From the NCBI RefSeq assembly GCF_009834535.1, contig NC_045696.1, positions 47,308,001 to 47,372,000 on the forward strand: a DNA stretch of 64,000 nucleotides, given 5' to 3'. Shown here piece by piece: positions 52,889 through 64,000 of this stretch (the stretch's first letter is position 1; each line of letters opens with the position of its first letter). Position numbers and translations under genes: made by a program. Source of the DNA: Camelus ferus. Taxonomy: Eukaryota. Below the pieces are notes generated by a model. The model saw nothing but the letters and a program-made list of their open reading frames with translations, ran no database searches and had not been told where the DNA came from.

Positions 52889-52981
52889 AGTTTTAGTGGG
52901 AAAAAATGTTTGAAAGAAGGATGTACAGGTGACATGGTAAGGATGCTTCAATGTGAGGTACCTGGAATTGTCAAAATTTTG
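52889..52981 (+). CDS. DZIP3: DZIP3 exon 11
   Basis: 93 nt, SFSGKKCLKEGCTGDMVRMLQCEVPGIVKIL, donor TTG|GTGAGT. Confidence 0.95.
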
Positions 52982-53735
52982 GTGAGTATCTTTTTCTTCT
53001 TCTTTTTTTTTTTTTTTTTTTTGCTTTCCTTCACTAGAATGGTATTTTTTACTTCAAACAGATTTGGGAATTGTAATAATAGTATTCTAGCCATGTTCTT
53101 TTTGATGATGACTAAGCTCTCTAACCTTTTTTTGCTTTGATTTCTCCAAAACCGTATTTAAGTGGTACTAAAGAATAAGAAAATTTAAAAGTAAAGAGAC
53201 ACACACACAGAAACAGACAAAGCAGGCCATGGCTGTACCAATGAGGAAAGTCTGTTATGAACTAAGGATGATAATCCAGTCTATGCCACCTACAGTTAAA
53301 AATAATTTTAGACATTCTGAATGTCTTTTTAGTCTTTTATGTAAATATCAAATATCTCAGAGTATTTGTGTTACACAAAATGCACTTAAATGGTATTAAT
53401 TTTATTTTTTAATTTATAAATACCTTGTTGAAATTTTGGTTAAGTAAATAGACCAAAATTATAAATCTATAAATCTATCTATATTTATGTTTAGATATGG
53501 TCTTTTTCGTATTTCAGACTTGGCATTTAAATCCTATAATGATATAAAGTAGAACTGTTTTTAAAATCAAATCTAATTTGTTGTTTGAGTAAGATTGTTT
53601 ATAGCTTCTGTTTTGTTTTATATTTACTATAGCTTCATTCTCATTGCCTGTTTTCAAATGTTAAGGCTAAGAAGAAACATTAAAGAAATTTGAAAATTGA
53701 ACTAATTTAGGGCTATTCTTTTCTATCACTTGCAG

Positions 53736-53788
53736 TTTGAAGTTGTGAGAAAAGATGAATATATAACCATTGAAAATTTAGGAGCAAG
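53736..53788 (+). CDS. DZIP3: DZIP3 exon 12
   Basis: 53 nt, FEVVRKDEYITIENLGA-S, donor AAG|GTAAGC. Confidence 0.95.
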
Positions 53789-54269
53789 GTAAGCTTGCAA
53801 GTAAATATTTTACTTTTTTCTGAGCATGTATGTATTTTTCAGTTGCTTCTTTCTTCTGTTTCTATTACTTGTTAGAGCTCCAGTTAATTTAAAGATACTA
53901 TTAGTTGTGTGAAAAAATTGTATTTAATTGACATTTGTCTACTCCCACTTTGTAGACATTTAAATTCTAAAACAAGAAAGAAGAAATTATGTGGATACTT
54001 TTCCCTTAAGTATGAAAATAATCCTTTCCTGAAAACCAAACACATTTTTCTTAAAGTTTTTTAGATTCTTGTGATATAAAAACTTTATTCCTAGCTTTCA
54101 AAACTCATCCAGGCCTCCAAGCTTGTCTGACAATTAGGATTGTCCTGTTTCTTAGATGAGAAAACTGTGTCACAGAGGAATATATAATACAAGCTGGGAA
54201 TTCATAGAGGTGTATACTGTCGCTGTTGAAATTAGAAATTTCAATATAAAAATTCTCCTAATCCATTGA

Positions 54270-55210
54270 CTCTTTTCTTCTGTTAAAAGTGGAAATGTCT
54301 ACAATTTTTCAATCTACCAAGGTCATTACATTGATATCCAAGGCATCAGTTTTCCCTATGAGCCAATGAAATCCAAATCTTTATCTTTACTATAGATCTC
54401 ATTCCTAAAATCTAGATCTATCTCCCTGCATGCTGAATATGTCCACTTTTATTTTTCAAAAATGTCTATAGTTAAGCATGCCTACAACTAGACTCAAAGT
54501 ATATCTGCCCAACACTGCTCTGTAACTTTTTTTTAGGTCTGAATTCAACTTCTTAAATATTGTAAATGCTTCCTTAACTTCTGCCCCTGCAGTTCCACTA
54601 AACTAAAGAAAGTTATTTTTCACTTGGAATTCTGAAATAGCTTCTAAACTTGTCTTTCTGTCCCCAACCTTACATTTTTTTCAGTCTGACTGTTCAACAG
54701 TCTGTTGTTATGGAACAGTCTGTTCAGCCATCCAAATTACTTTTCTAAAAGAAAATTGAAATATTTCACTTATCTGCTTGAAAATCTTTCAGAGGCTTCT
54801 CATTGCTCTTAATTAAGTTTAGACTCCTTAGCTTAGCTCTTTAGTCATGCTGGTCCCTGCTATACTCACTAGTGTCATCTCTTGTCTTTTCTTAACTGTA
54901 TTAGCACCAACTGTTCTGAGCTTCTTTTAGTTCTTCAGTGTGCCATCTGTTTAACCTCTGGCACTTGCCTAGGATATTGTATTTTGGCTTTGCCTGTTTA
55001 CCTTATTTGTGTTGCATTAGGTGTTTCAATCACATATTTCCTCTACTTCTATCAAAACATTTACTGAATTCTGTTGTACTTTCTTGGCTATCTTCTCCAT
55101 TGGACTATAGCCTGCATGAGGGCAAGAATTTTATCTTGAATATACAAGTAGGTATATTCCCAGTACATAGCATAATGCTTGGCATATAGCTGGTGCCCTA
55201 TAAATACGTG
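54270..55210 (+). mobile_element. L2 LINE 3' remnant
   Basis: tctgcttgaaaatctttcagaggcttctcattgc...catgagggcaag...gcttggcatatag. Confidence 0.6.
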
Positions 55211-55789
55211 ACAGATGTAGAGATTCTGAACTCCATTATTCTGCAATGAGTATGTTACTTTTGTTTTGACAGGCAATTAACTTCTTTAGATATGAACTGA
55301 GAACTTTTTTCCTTGGATGGTGGTTTAAGTCTCAATTCAGATCTTTTTCTTTTACCTGAGCTTCTTCCAGTTCATTCCACACATGTGTGGTTCAGTAGTC
55401 CATCAGAGATGTGCCCAGAAAGAATTTGGGGATCTCTTCTCTGACTCTTTCCCTTCTGGGATTCCCCTGCACTCTTCAGCAGCCATGGCTCCATAGCTTC
55501 AATTTTCTAGGTCCTTTAGCCAAAGAAATCTTTGTTTTCTACCAGGTTTTACTTAGCCCCAGGCTAAAAGTTCATACTGTCTTCTCCTTTTCTCCTCTGT
55601 GCATATACCTCCACAGTGAAGTAGATCTGTCTCTTCCATTCTCTGGTGCATTCAAAGAGTTGCTTTTTGTAATCTGAGTATTATAGTTATTTTTGGGGGG
55701 AATACCCCTTGGTAACTAGACCTTATTACCAAAACTGAAAGAGTTACTTCTTGGGGTTTTATGAATGAATGACAAACTGGTTATTTTTT

Positions 55790-57401
55790 AACATTAAAAT
55801 GCTTTATTGTTTTCAAAATATGCATAAAGAAAATGTCATAAAATATAAATGCAGAGTTTAAAAAATAATTATGATGCAAACACTCTTGTGGCTCCACCCA
55901 AGTCAACAAATAGAATTTTTCCAGCACTCCAGAAGCCCTCACTGTGCCCCTCTCCCTTAAGTCTTCCTCTTCCTAGGTAACGTGTTAAAAGGTATGTAAT
56001 GGTATCTTACTGAGGTTTTAATTTACATTTGCTTAATTTTCAAAGCTGTTTTTCTATCTTAGATCCTTTGGTGTTCCATGATGAATCTTAGAAATACCTT
56101 CTCCAGACTTGTTGCTACGGTTTTGATTGTGTCAAATTTGTAGGTCAATTTGGGGATGATTTACATCTTAGCAATTTTGAGGCCTCCCAGTCATGAAGAT
56201 GGTATATAGTTAATTTCATTGAATTGGATCTTCTTTGATGTCTCTCAGGAATATTTTGTAGTCTTCCATGTACAATCTTATAAATATTTTATTAGATTAT
56301 CCATCTTATAGAATTTTTTATGTTTTTGCAAATGATATTTTTTAATTTTCTATTTCTAGTTATTTGTATTATACAGAATTAGTTTGTCTATTGAACTTGT
56401 ATCCTGTAACTTGGTACTTAATAATTCTAATATCATTTTGTAGATTCTTTGAGGTTTTTCTACAAGTGATTGTATCATCTATACATAAAGACAACTTTAT
56501 TTCTTTTGCAATCTATATGCTTTTTGTTTATTTTCTTTACTTATTGCACTGGCTAGGTCCTCTAGTACAACGTTGAATACACTGGTGAGAGCAGACATCA
56601 TTGCCTTTTTCAGATTTTAGAAAGAAGCCCTCACTTTTATACCATTACTATGCTGTTAGCTGTACATTTTTTATGGATACCCTTTTTCAGGTTGAAGAAA
56701 TGTTTTTTCTCATCCTACATCTCTGAAAATTTTTCTCATGAAAGAATAATGAACTAATGCTTTTCTGTATGCATTGAGATGACTATACGGTATTTTTTTC
56801 CTTTTTAATCTGTTAATATGCTGAATGATATTAATTTATTTTCAAATGTTGAATCAACCTTGTTTTCCAGGAATAAATAACAATTGGTCATGATCTATTT
56901 ATTTTTTCATATTGCTGCTTTTTTTGTTTTTAGTTTTTTTAAGATATAACTAGCATATAACATTGTATAGATTTAGGGTGTAGGGTGTATAACATGATGA
57001 TCTGATATATGTATGTATTGTGAAATGAGGTTGATTAACATATCCATCACCTCACGTAGTTAACTTTTTTTTTGTGATGAGAACTTTTAAGATCTACTTT
57101 CTTAGCAACTTTCAAGTATACAATATAGCACTGTTAACTATAGTCACATACTGTATATTAGATCTGTGATTCGTGTCTTTTGACCTCTTTTTCCATTCCC
57201 CAACCCCCATCTCTCCCCCAGCAACCACCAATTTCTCTCTGTTTCTGAGTTAAGGGTATTTTAGCTCCCATGTATAAGTAAGATCATACAGTATTTTTCT
57301 TTCTCTGTCTGGCTTATTTTACTTAGCATCATGCCCTTCAGGTTCATTCATGTTACCACAAATGGAAGGATTTCCTTCTTTTTATAGATGAATAGTATTC
57401 C

Positions 57402-57439
<38 letters not shown>

Positions 57440-57985
57440 TCTATATATACACACACTACATTTTTAAAAATCCACTCATCCATTAACAGACATATAGGTT
57501 GTTTTCCATATCTTGGCTATTATAAATAATGCTGCAATGAACTTGGGGATGTAGATACCTCTTTGGGATAGAGATCTTATTTCCTTTGGATATATGATAT
57601 ATACCCAGAAATTGGATTGCTGGATCAATTCTACTTTTACTTTTTTGAGACACTACCATAGTGTTCCCCCTAGTGACTCTATCAACCAGTAAGAGGTAAC
57701 ATCTCATTGTAGTTTTGTCTTGCATTTTCCTGATGATTGGTGATGTTGAGCACCTTTTCGTATACCTGTTGGTCATTTTATATCTTCTTTGGAAAAATGT
57801 CTATTCAGGTCCTTTGCCTATTTTTAGTTGGATTATTTGTTTATTTGCTGTTGAGTTGTGTGGCTTCCTTATATATTTTGGATATTAGCACCTAATCAAA
57901 TATTTGCAAATACTTTCTTTCATTCTATAGATTGATTTTTCATTTTGTTGATTATTTCTTTCACTGCAGAAGCTTTTTTTTTTTT
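55790..57985 (-). mobile_element. Old L1M remnant with a nested L1MA-type 3' end (~56925-57985)
   Basis: Antisense ORF2 C-terminal text (catctcattgtagttttg, ggaaaaatgtctattcaggtcctttgcc); ORF-track peptide NRYTKRCSTSPIIRKMQ. Confidence 0.75.
57404..57438 (+). repeat. (TG)17 microsatellite
   Basis: Seen directly; a shorter (TG)n lies at ~25983-26001. Confidence 0.95.
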
Positions 57986-58733
57986 ACTTCATATCATTGC
58001 TAATACTTTAGATTGTTAGGGTTGAGCATGTTTTCAATGTAATAGATGGTCGGTAGTGTTATGGTGGTGCTGGAGATAAAGTCAGTTAACAACAACCACC
58101 ACCATCTCTGTTCTTGTTAAGCTTACATTCTAGTGTTGTCCTTTTTTTTTTTCTTTTAATTTTGTTTTGTGGCAGAATTCATTTCAAAGCCAAACCACAA
58201 AATTTTTCACCTATTTCACAGCAGCATGAACTTAGTGTTTAGTCTATTTAATAGATTTTGCTACTTTTCCCCCTCAGTTTTTTTTATAATTACTTGTATT
58301 GACACTATGCCAGTTTCTTTCTTTCTCTTTAATCACTAATCATTAAACGAGCTGAGTTTTCTTGGAATAGTTAGTTACTGGTAAGATGATTCTGAAGTGA
58401 AGGAGAATCTGGGAGGAGTGCCAGGTTTGCTGGCTTTTTACAATACAAAGATTTATTTTTTTCTGCTACTACACAGCCTTCTTGCAAATAAGCTACCATG
58501 TGATTCTTTTTGTATGAAATCTAGCAATATTACTTGCTTGGAATTCCAATGAAAATGGCAATGTAGGGTTGTTATTGTTGGTGGTTTTTATTTGTTCATG
58601 TATTTTTCTCCTTTGCTTTTAAATTATTTCCAGGGAGGTGGAGAAGAAAATACTCACTTACTTAGCCATGCTGATACCAGAAATTTTGACTGACTTTGGT
58701 ATTGACTGTAATTTAATTTTTTTCCAATTGCAG

Positions 58734-58810
58734 TTATAAAAAGTTGATGTCTCTGAAAATAACTGATACTGATATAAGACCGAAGATGAGTTTAAAATTT
58801 AGTAAAAAAG
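58734..58810 (+). CDS. DZIP3: DZIP3 exon 13
   Basis: 77 nt, (S)YKKLMSLKITDTDIRPKMSLKFSKK-D. Confidence 0.95.
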
Positions 58811-59687
58811 GTATATTTTACTTTTATATGTCTCCTATTGAAAACCTAAAGATTTTGACTTGCTCTGTTAAGTACCATGCTATTAATAACCATGATTTTA
58901 TTTGTGTTTGTCATTTACTGGGCTTGGGTTTACACTAGCAGGCATCATTTGGTGTAGGCTGGAATTCATAGTCAGAAAGATCAGCAGGTGTATACCTTGC
59001 ATCATGTAGAGAGGTTTGCTGGGTCTGGTGCGTAGCTTTGACTACACAGTGAGATTGCACTCCAGCTGATGTTCCTGACCAATCCCTCCTCCCTTTTTGC
59101 ATTCCCTGTTAAAAGAGTAAAATGGAAAGAATGAACATTTTGGGGTCAAGGCCAAGTAGCCTACACTTAGGCACCAGCTCTTCAGGAGTATGCTAGGAAA
59201 TGCTAGCTGCTCAGCACTGGTACACCTTAAGGGCTCCTGGTCCCGTGGGAGAATAGTCTGGTGGTAGTCCTTCTTGCTAGGGGAATGGATACTCCTGATC
59301 TCAGCCAGATTCTTATTTGGAAGCACAGTGAAAACTCCCTGAGTCTTTTGCTTTGTAACCTTGCTTACCTCCACAGTTTTTGTCAAGTATATCAAGCAAG
59401 AATATTAATTTAAAAATCTCTTAAAACACAGGATCATGAAGGATAAAATAATGAAGTTGCATTTTATGATGAACACACATGTTTATTTTATATAAAATAT
59501 ACTGTCATATACCAAATTCTTACTACTTTCTAATTCACCTCAGTCTGCTTTCCTCCATTGGAAGTGCTGTTAAACCAGAAAAATACCAGATAGTTCAGTT
59601 TCATGCCTATTCCATTTCATTGATGAAATACCTACTTAATCATTAATTTATTTTTTTGTGAGGGTAAGAACAAGAGATTCATTAGAT

Positions 59688-59852
59688 CAGTATGTCTCGA
59701 GCTTTAATGTATATTTGGATCATTTGTGATTTTCTTAGAATGTCTGTGCCAATTCAGTATCTCTGGGGTGAGGCCTGAGATTCTGCATTTCTAATAGGCT
59801 CCTGTGTGGATGCTGATGCTGCTGGTCAATGGACTACACTTTAAGAAGCAAG
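59688..59852. mobile_element. MER5A hAT DNA transposon
   Basis: ctggggtgaggcctgagattctgcatttctaa...gatgctgatgctgctggtc...acacttt. Confidence 0.8.
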
Positions 59853-59886
59853 ACATTAAATTACTTCATGTTTCTTGATAATAGTT

Positions 59887-60070
59887 CTACATTGTCTAAT
59901 ATGGTAGCCACCAGCCATGTGCGGCTGTTTAAATTTAAACTAATTACAATTAGTGAAAGTTTCAAACTTAGTTCCTTTGTTAGACAAGCAGCAGTTCCAG
60001 TGTTCAGTAGCTAGTGGACAGTGACAAGCCAAAACATTTTCATCACAGAAAATTCTATAAGACAATACTG
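59887..60070 (-). mobile_element. MER3 hAT DNA transposon
   Basis: tgtctaatatggtagccaccagccatgtgcggctgtttaaatttaaa...catcacagaaaattctat. Confidence 0.75.
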
Positions 60071-60480
60071 ATTAAGGTAAAATATAAGTAAATTTAAGAT
60101 AAATACTAAGTAAAGTATAATTAAGCACTGGCAATTACCATTCTTGACAGTCTTCAGTTTTCAAAGGCCTAATACTTCTGTGCCATTTGGTGGCCAAACC
60201 TCATTTATTTGAACAAAACCCTGAATGGTTGAAAGGCTTCTATAGTGATGAGTCTTTGTGATTACTCTTGTTTGGGAACATACTGTTTTGCTTTGATTTT
60301 TTTTAACTGCTAGACAGACAGCAGCATGCTTATTGAGCACTGGCTGTGGCAAAACACTGTATTTACTTCATTCTTTTGAAATAGTGTCTGTCAACAGGAA
60401 CTTTAGGATGTAATGCAGGAGACCACATAGAAAAAGAGTATTAACGTGGAATCTTTTGACTTCTCAAAATTCATTTTCAG

Positions 60481-61098
60481 ATGAAATGCCTATCTTCAAA
60501 CTTGATTATAATTATTTCTATCATCTGCTTCATATAATTATTGTTTCTGGTACTGACATTGTTCGGCAAATATTTGATGAGGCTATGCCACCCCCTCTTT
60601 TGAGAAAAGAACTTCTTATACACAAGAATGTGCTGGAACCCTACTACAACCATCTTTGGACCAATCACCCTTTGGGTGGAGCATGGCATCTGCTTTATCC
60701 CCCAAACAAGGAGCTACCACAATCCAAACAGTTTGACTTATACCTCCTATTAGCTCTCATAAAACATTTGAATGTTTTCCCTGCACCCAAAAAAGGCTGG
60801 AATATGGAACCACCATCTTCTGATCTCTCTAAGTCTGCAGACGTCTTGAGGCTATGCAAATACAGGGATATCCTCCTTAGTGAGATTTTGATGAACGGTC
60901 TCACTGAGTCACAATTCAATTCAATTTGGAAAAAAGTTTCAGATATTCTTCTGCGCCTTGGGATGAAGCAAGAGGAAATTGACAAAGTGAAGGAGAATCC
61001 CATTGAGAATATATCCCTTGATTACCATCAGCTGTCCATCTACCTAGGCATACCAGTACCAGAAATCATCCAGAGGATGTTATCCTGCTATCAACAAG
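60481..61098 (+). CDS. DZIP3: DZIP3 exon 14 (HEPN-like domain)
   Basis: 618 nt, (D)EMPIFKLDYNYF...PAPKKGWNMEPPSSD...RMLSCYQQ-G; ttttcAG acceptor, AAG|GTACAA donor. Confidence 0.97.
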
Positions 61099-62931
61099 GT
61101 ACAAAATAATTATTTACTTAAGACAGTAAACTTGCACTGAGTGCTATGTGCCAGACACAATGCTAAAGGCAGGAGATTCAGTGAGCCCACATTCTTGAGA
61201 GTAAAGACTCATCAAGAAGCTAATAGAAATTACAGTGCTAGAGATGTTTCCAGAGTACCACAGGAAATCATAGCCTAAGAGAATCCAAAACAGCTTTCTG
61301 TAGAATATAATATCTAAGGAGTTATTAAATGATACATAAAAGTTAGCCAAGTGAAGAATTGGAGGATATTTCAGAAGGAAACAAGAACAAAGGTATAGAA
61401 ACATAAAATATAATACAGGGAACAAAAAAGTTTTGTATAACTGAGGTTAAAGTAGGGGGGACTTCATAGAATACATTCAAGAGGATTTCTTTTGCCATAT
61501 TGAGGAGTTTATGTTCTCAGAAAGAAACTGTTAAAAGATTTTAAAGTGGAGGCGTTTTATCACTTCTATAAAATTTAAGATGCCTAAGAGCACTGAAACA
61601 TAGGTACTGTGCGTTTCAAGAATGTCATTTTCAACACCGTGAGTGTGTTTCTCCTTTCTAACTGAACCTTGACTTCTAGTTTAAAAGTTTAGCATCTATC
61701 CATTGGCCGTGGGTAATTTAAAAAATCAGATAACATTTATGCAAATGTCTAATGTCAGCAGTGGCCATTCCCAGACATTGTCTATTGTTATGGGAAAGAT
61801 TTCAGACTTCCTCCTCATATTCCAGGATAGCTTCTCAGCTGTCATTGTGGAAAATGGAGTTGAAGGCATGTACGCTGAAACTCTTGCTGTGCTATTCTAG
61901 GTGACTTTTCCTGGTCCCAGTTATTAGTCATACTACTTGGTGAGCAACTGTTGATCACACTGATGCTATTTAAATGTACAGCTTTCTAGGTTTCCAGTGA
62001 TGGTTGAGCTGGTCCACATTTTTTTCAGAGACAGTTGCTAGGCCCCAATCTCAGTCCTTTTGCTAACTAAGGCTCTGGGATACCATTGTATTTTCCTGCT
62101 TATCCTTTAAGAGCTTTCTGTGAACATAAAAGAAGAGGATGCTGAGTTTGATGATAAAAGAAAGTCAGGCAAAAATCCTTGACTAATAAATTGACATAAA
62201 TTAGAGGCTTTTTAAAACATTTATTAAGATTTTGAATAACAAAAACTCATGAGAATAAAGGGAATATTTGGGAAAGTGCTTTGAGCAATAAATTCAAGGC
62301 ATTTCAAGCAGTTTTCACTCTGGGGAGTCTAAAGAGCTTATTGGTCAAGTCCCTTTAATAGAAGCTTTCCTAGTATCTCATCTCTTTCCTAGTAGTTATT
62401 AAGTTGCAATTTTCATTTGTGTATCTGATTATTTGACTAATATCCATTGTCCCCACTAAATCTCTATGAGGTTGTCTTTTTTTCTTCACTATTCAAACTC
62501 TAGACCGTAACAGAGCCAGATACATCATAGATGCTTAATAAATATTAATAGTCAAGGAGAGGGAATGCTGATCAGGATTTTGCTAAAACTTTCAATGGAG
62601 GTTTGCTTCATAATTGACTATTATTACTTCATGACCTTAGACTGTAAATTGTAAAAATTTGCTGCTTGGTTTAAAGTGATGCTGTTCTAGGCATTATCTA
62701 TTATGAACTACCTTTTTAAAAAAAAAAACTTTTCTTTCTCTAATCATGGGTTTATAACCTTTATATTATAATCTAAAGATTATCACCTTGTGGGTGATGC
62801 TGGTTATTTACAGTTAGTTATAATATTTATTGGTACAGTGTAAAAATCTTCTGGTTTTTCTTAGTCTCAGTCTGATATTTGTCGATTGCATTTGCAATTG
62901 TACATCTAATTTTTTTCTTTATGTATCATAG

Positions 62932-62964
62932 GAATTGCTCTACAGTCAATAACAGGCAGTCAAC
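62932..62964 (+). CDS. DZIP3: DZIP3 exon 15 (33-nt micro-exon); gene continues beyond the window
   Basis: (G)IALQSITGSQ-R, AG acceptor at 62930-62931, C|GTAAGT donor. Confidence 0.93.
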
Positions 62965-64000
62965 GTAAGTATCTTTAAAAACCAAATGCCTAAGTGACCT
63001 TTCAACCCAGGATAGCTAAGGGACACCTATAAAATTTTACTTGGTCAGATAAACTGTATGATAAACTGTAACTGTTTGTTATAGGCTTGGAAAAATATAC
63101 TGTCAAATTACTCCTGGTCAGCTGAATCTAGTATGAGCCTTTTTACTCTGCCTTCGTCTTAGTGCATGTGCCCAGGGTTTACCCTAGCAAAGTATTTTAA
63201 CTTTTGACACATAGAACACTTCAACAGGCAAAAATGCTGACCTGCTTGCTCTTACCTGTTCATATATGCTACTGTTTAACTTACATAGCTTTTATCTGGT
63301 TAACTGTCCATTGTTAGGCTATATCCTTTTTTTGCTGGGTGGCAAGTTGCTAATGTCCTTTTGTGTACTTTTTTTTTTTTTTTTTAATGTAATTCAAATT
63401 CTGCAGTTAAAATTTTACTTAACACCATGAGTTTTGTTTGGGGTAAAATATACTTAAGAAGAACACAATGTGGGTTTTTTGGACCATCAGTGGCCAGTCA
63501 AATGAAGTCCACATGTTTAGAGATTGAATCTCTGGAGCAGTATCAAGAAGTCACATAAGAGGGGGCTGATACCCTTTAACAACCTTTGGTTATGAAAAAG
63601 ATGAAAAAAGGAAAAAAAATAGATCTAGATTTTCCTTCTCTTCTTTACATTACAGATTTATGCCCTAAAATAGTACTTGTTACAATATTATTAGGGTCAA
63701 TGTCAGGATACTAAAAAACGTAGTATTTGGAATTGATTTAAGATTCTAGATATCTAATATCTAGAGTCTGCTTAAGATAACAGTAAAGTATCTTAGCATT
63801 TGAGTTTATGCTGGTTGGTTTTTAGGCTAGTATATGTACATATTATTTGGTCATTGATAAATGGGCATTTCATTTTCATTTAGTATTTGAACAGAGTAAG
63901 ATGTCTTCTATTTCCATTTCTGGGATGGTGTTTTTGTGGAGTAAGTATATTTATAATAGTGATAAAAGGCTAAAATTGTGTGCATCCAGACTGAGAGTTT

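Noticed and set aside
60456..61109. 217-aa ORF as a stand-alone gene
   Set aside because: It is DZIP3 exon 14 read through its splice sites

Overview
AT-rich mammalian genomic DNA, most likely camelid. That call is an inference from the young L1 3' end sequence and the lack of recognisable lineage-specific SINEs. The window holds the head-to-head gene pair CIP2A (KIAA1524; minus strand, exon 1 and most of exon 2) and DZIP3 (E3 ubiquitin ligase hRUL138; plus strand, non-coding exon 1 plus coding exons 2-15, continuing past the right edge). They share a ~0.5 kb CpG-island bidirectional promoter with ETS and TCTCGCGAGA motifs. All 14 DZIP3 coding exons have GT-AG boundaries and splice into one open frame. 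DZIP3 intron 7 carries a full-length (~7.1 kb) antisense LINE-1 with perfect 14-bp TSDs, disabled ORF1/ORF2, a 413-bp inter-ORF spacer and a CpG-rich 5'UTR. In DZIP3-sense orientation that 5'UTR contains a Kozak-started 99-aa ORF0-like frame and splice sites in phase with DZIP3 exon 8. Next to it lies an ancient internally deleted ERV-L gag/RT relic. The rest is old L1/L2/MIR/LTR/hAT debris. No prokaryote-type system is present. The best lead is possible L1-driven gene-breaking or chimeric DZIP3 transcription, which is a hypothesis. Gene and repeat-family names come from recalled sequences, not from a database search.
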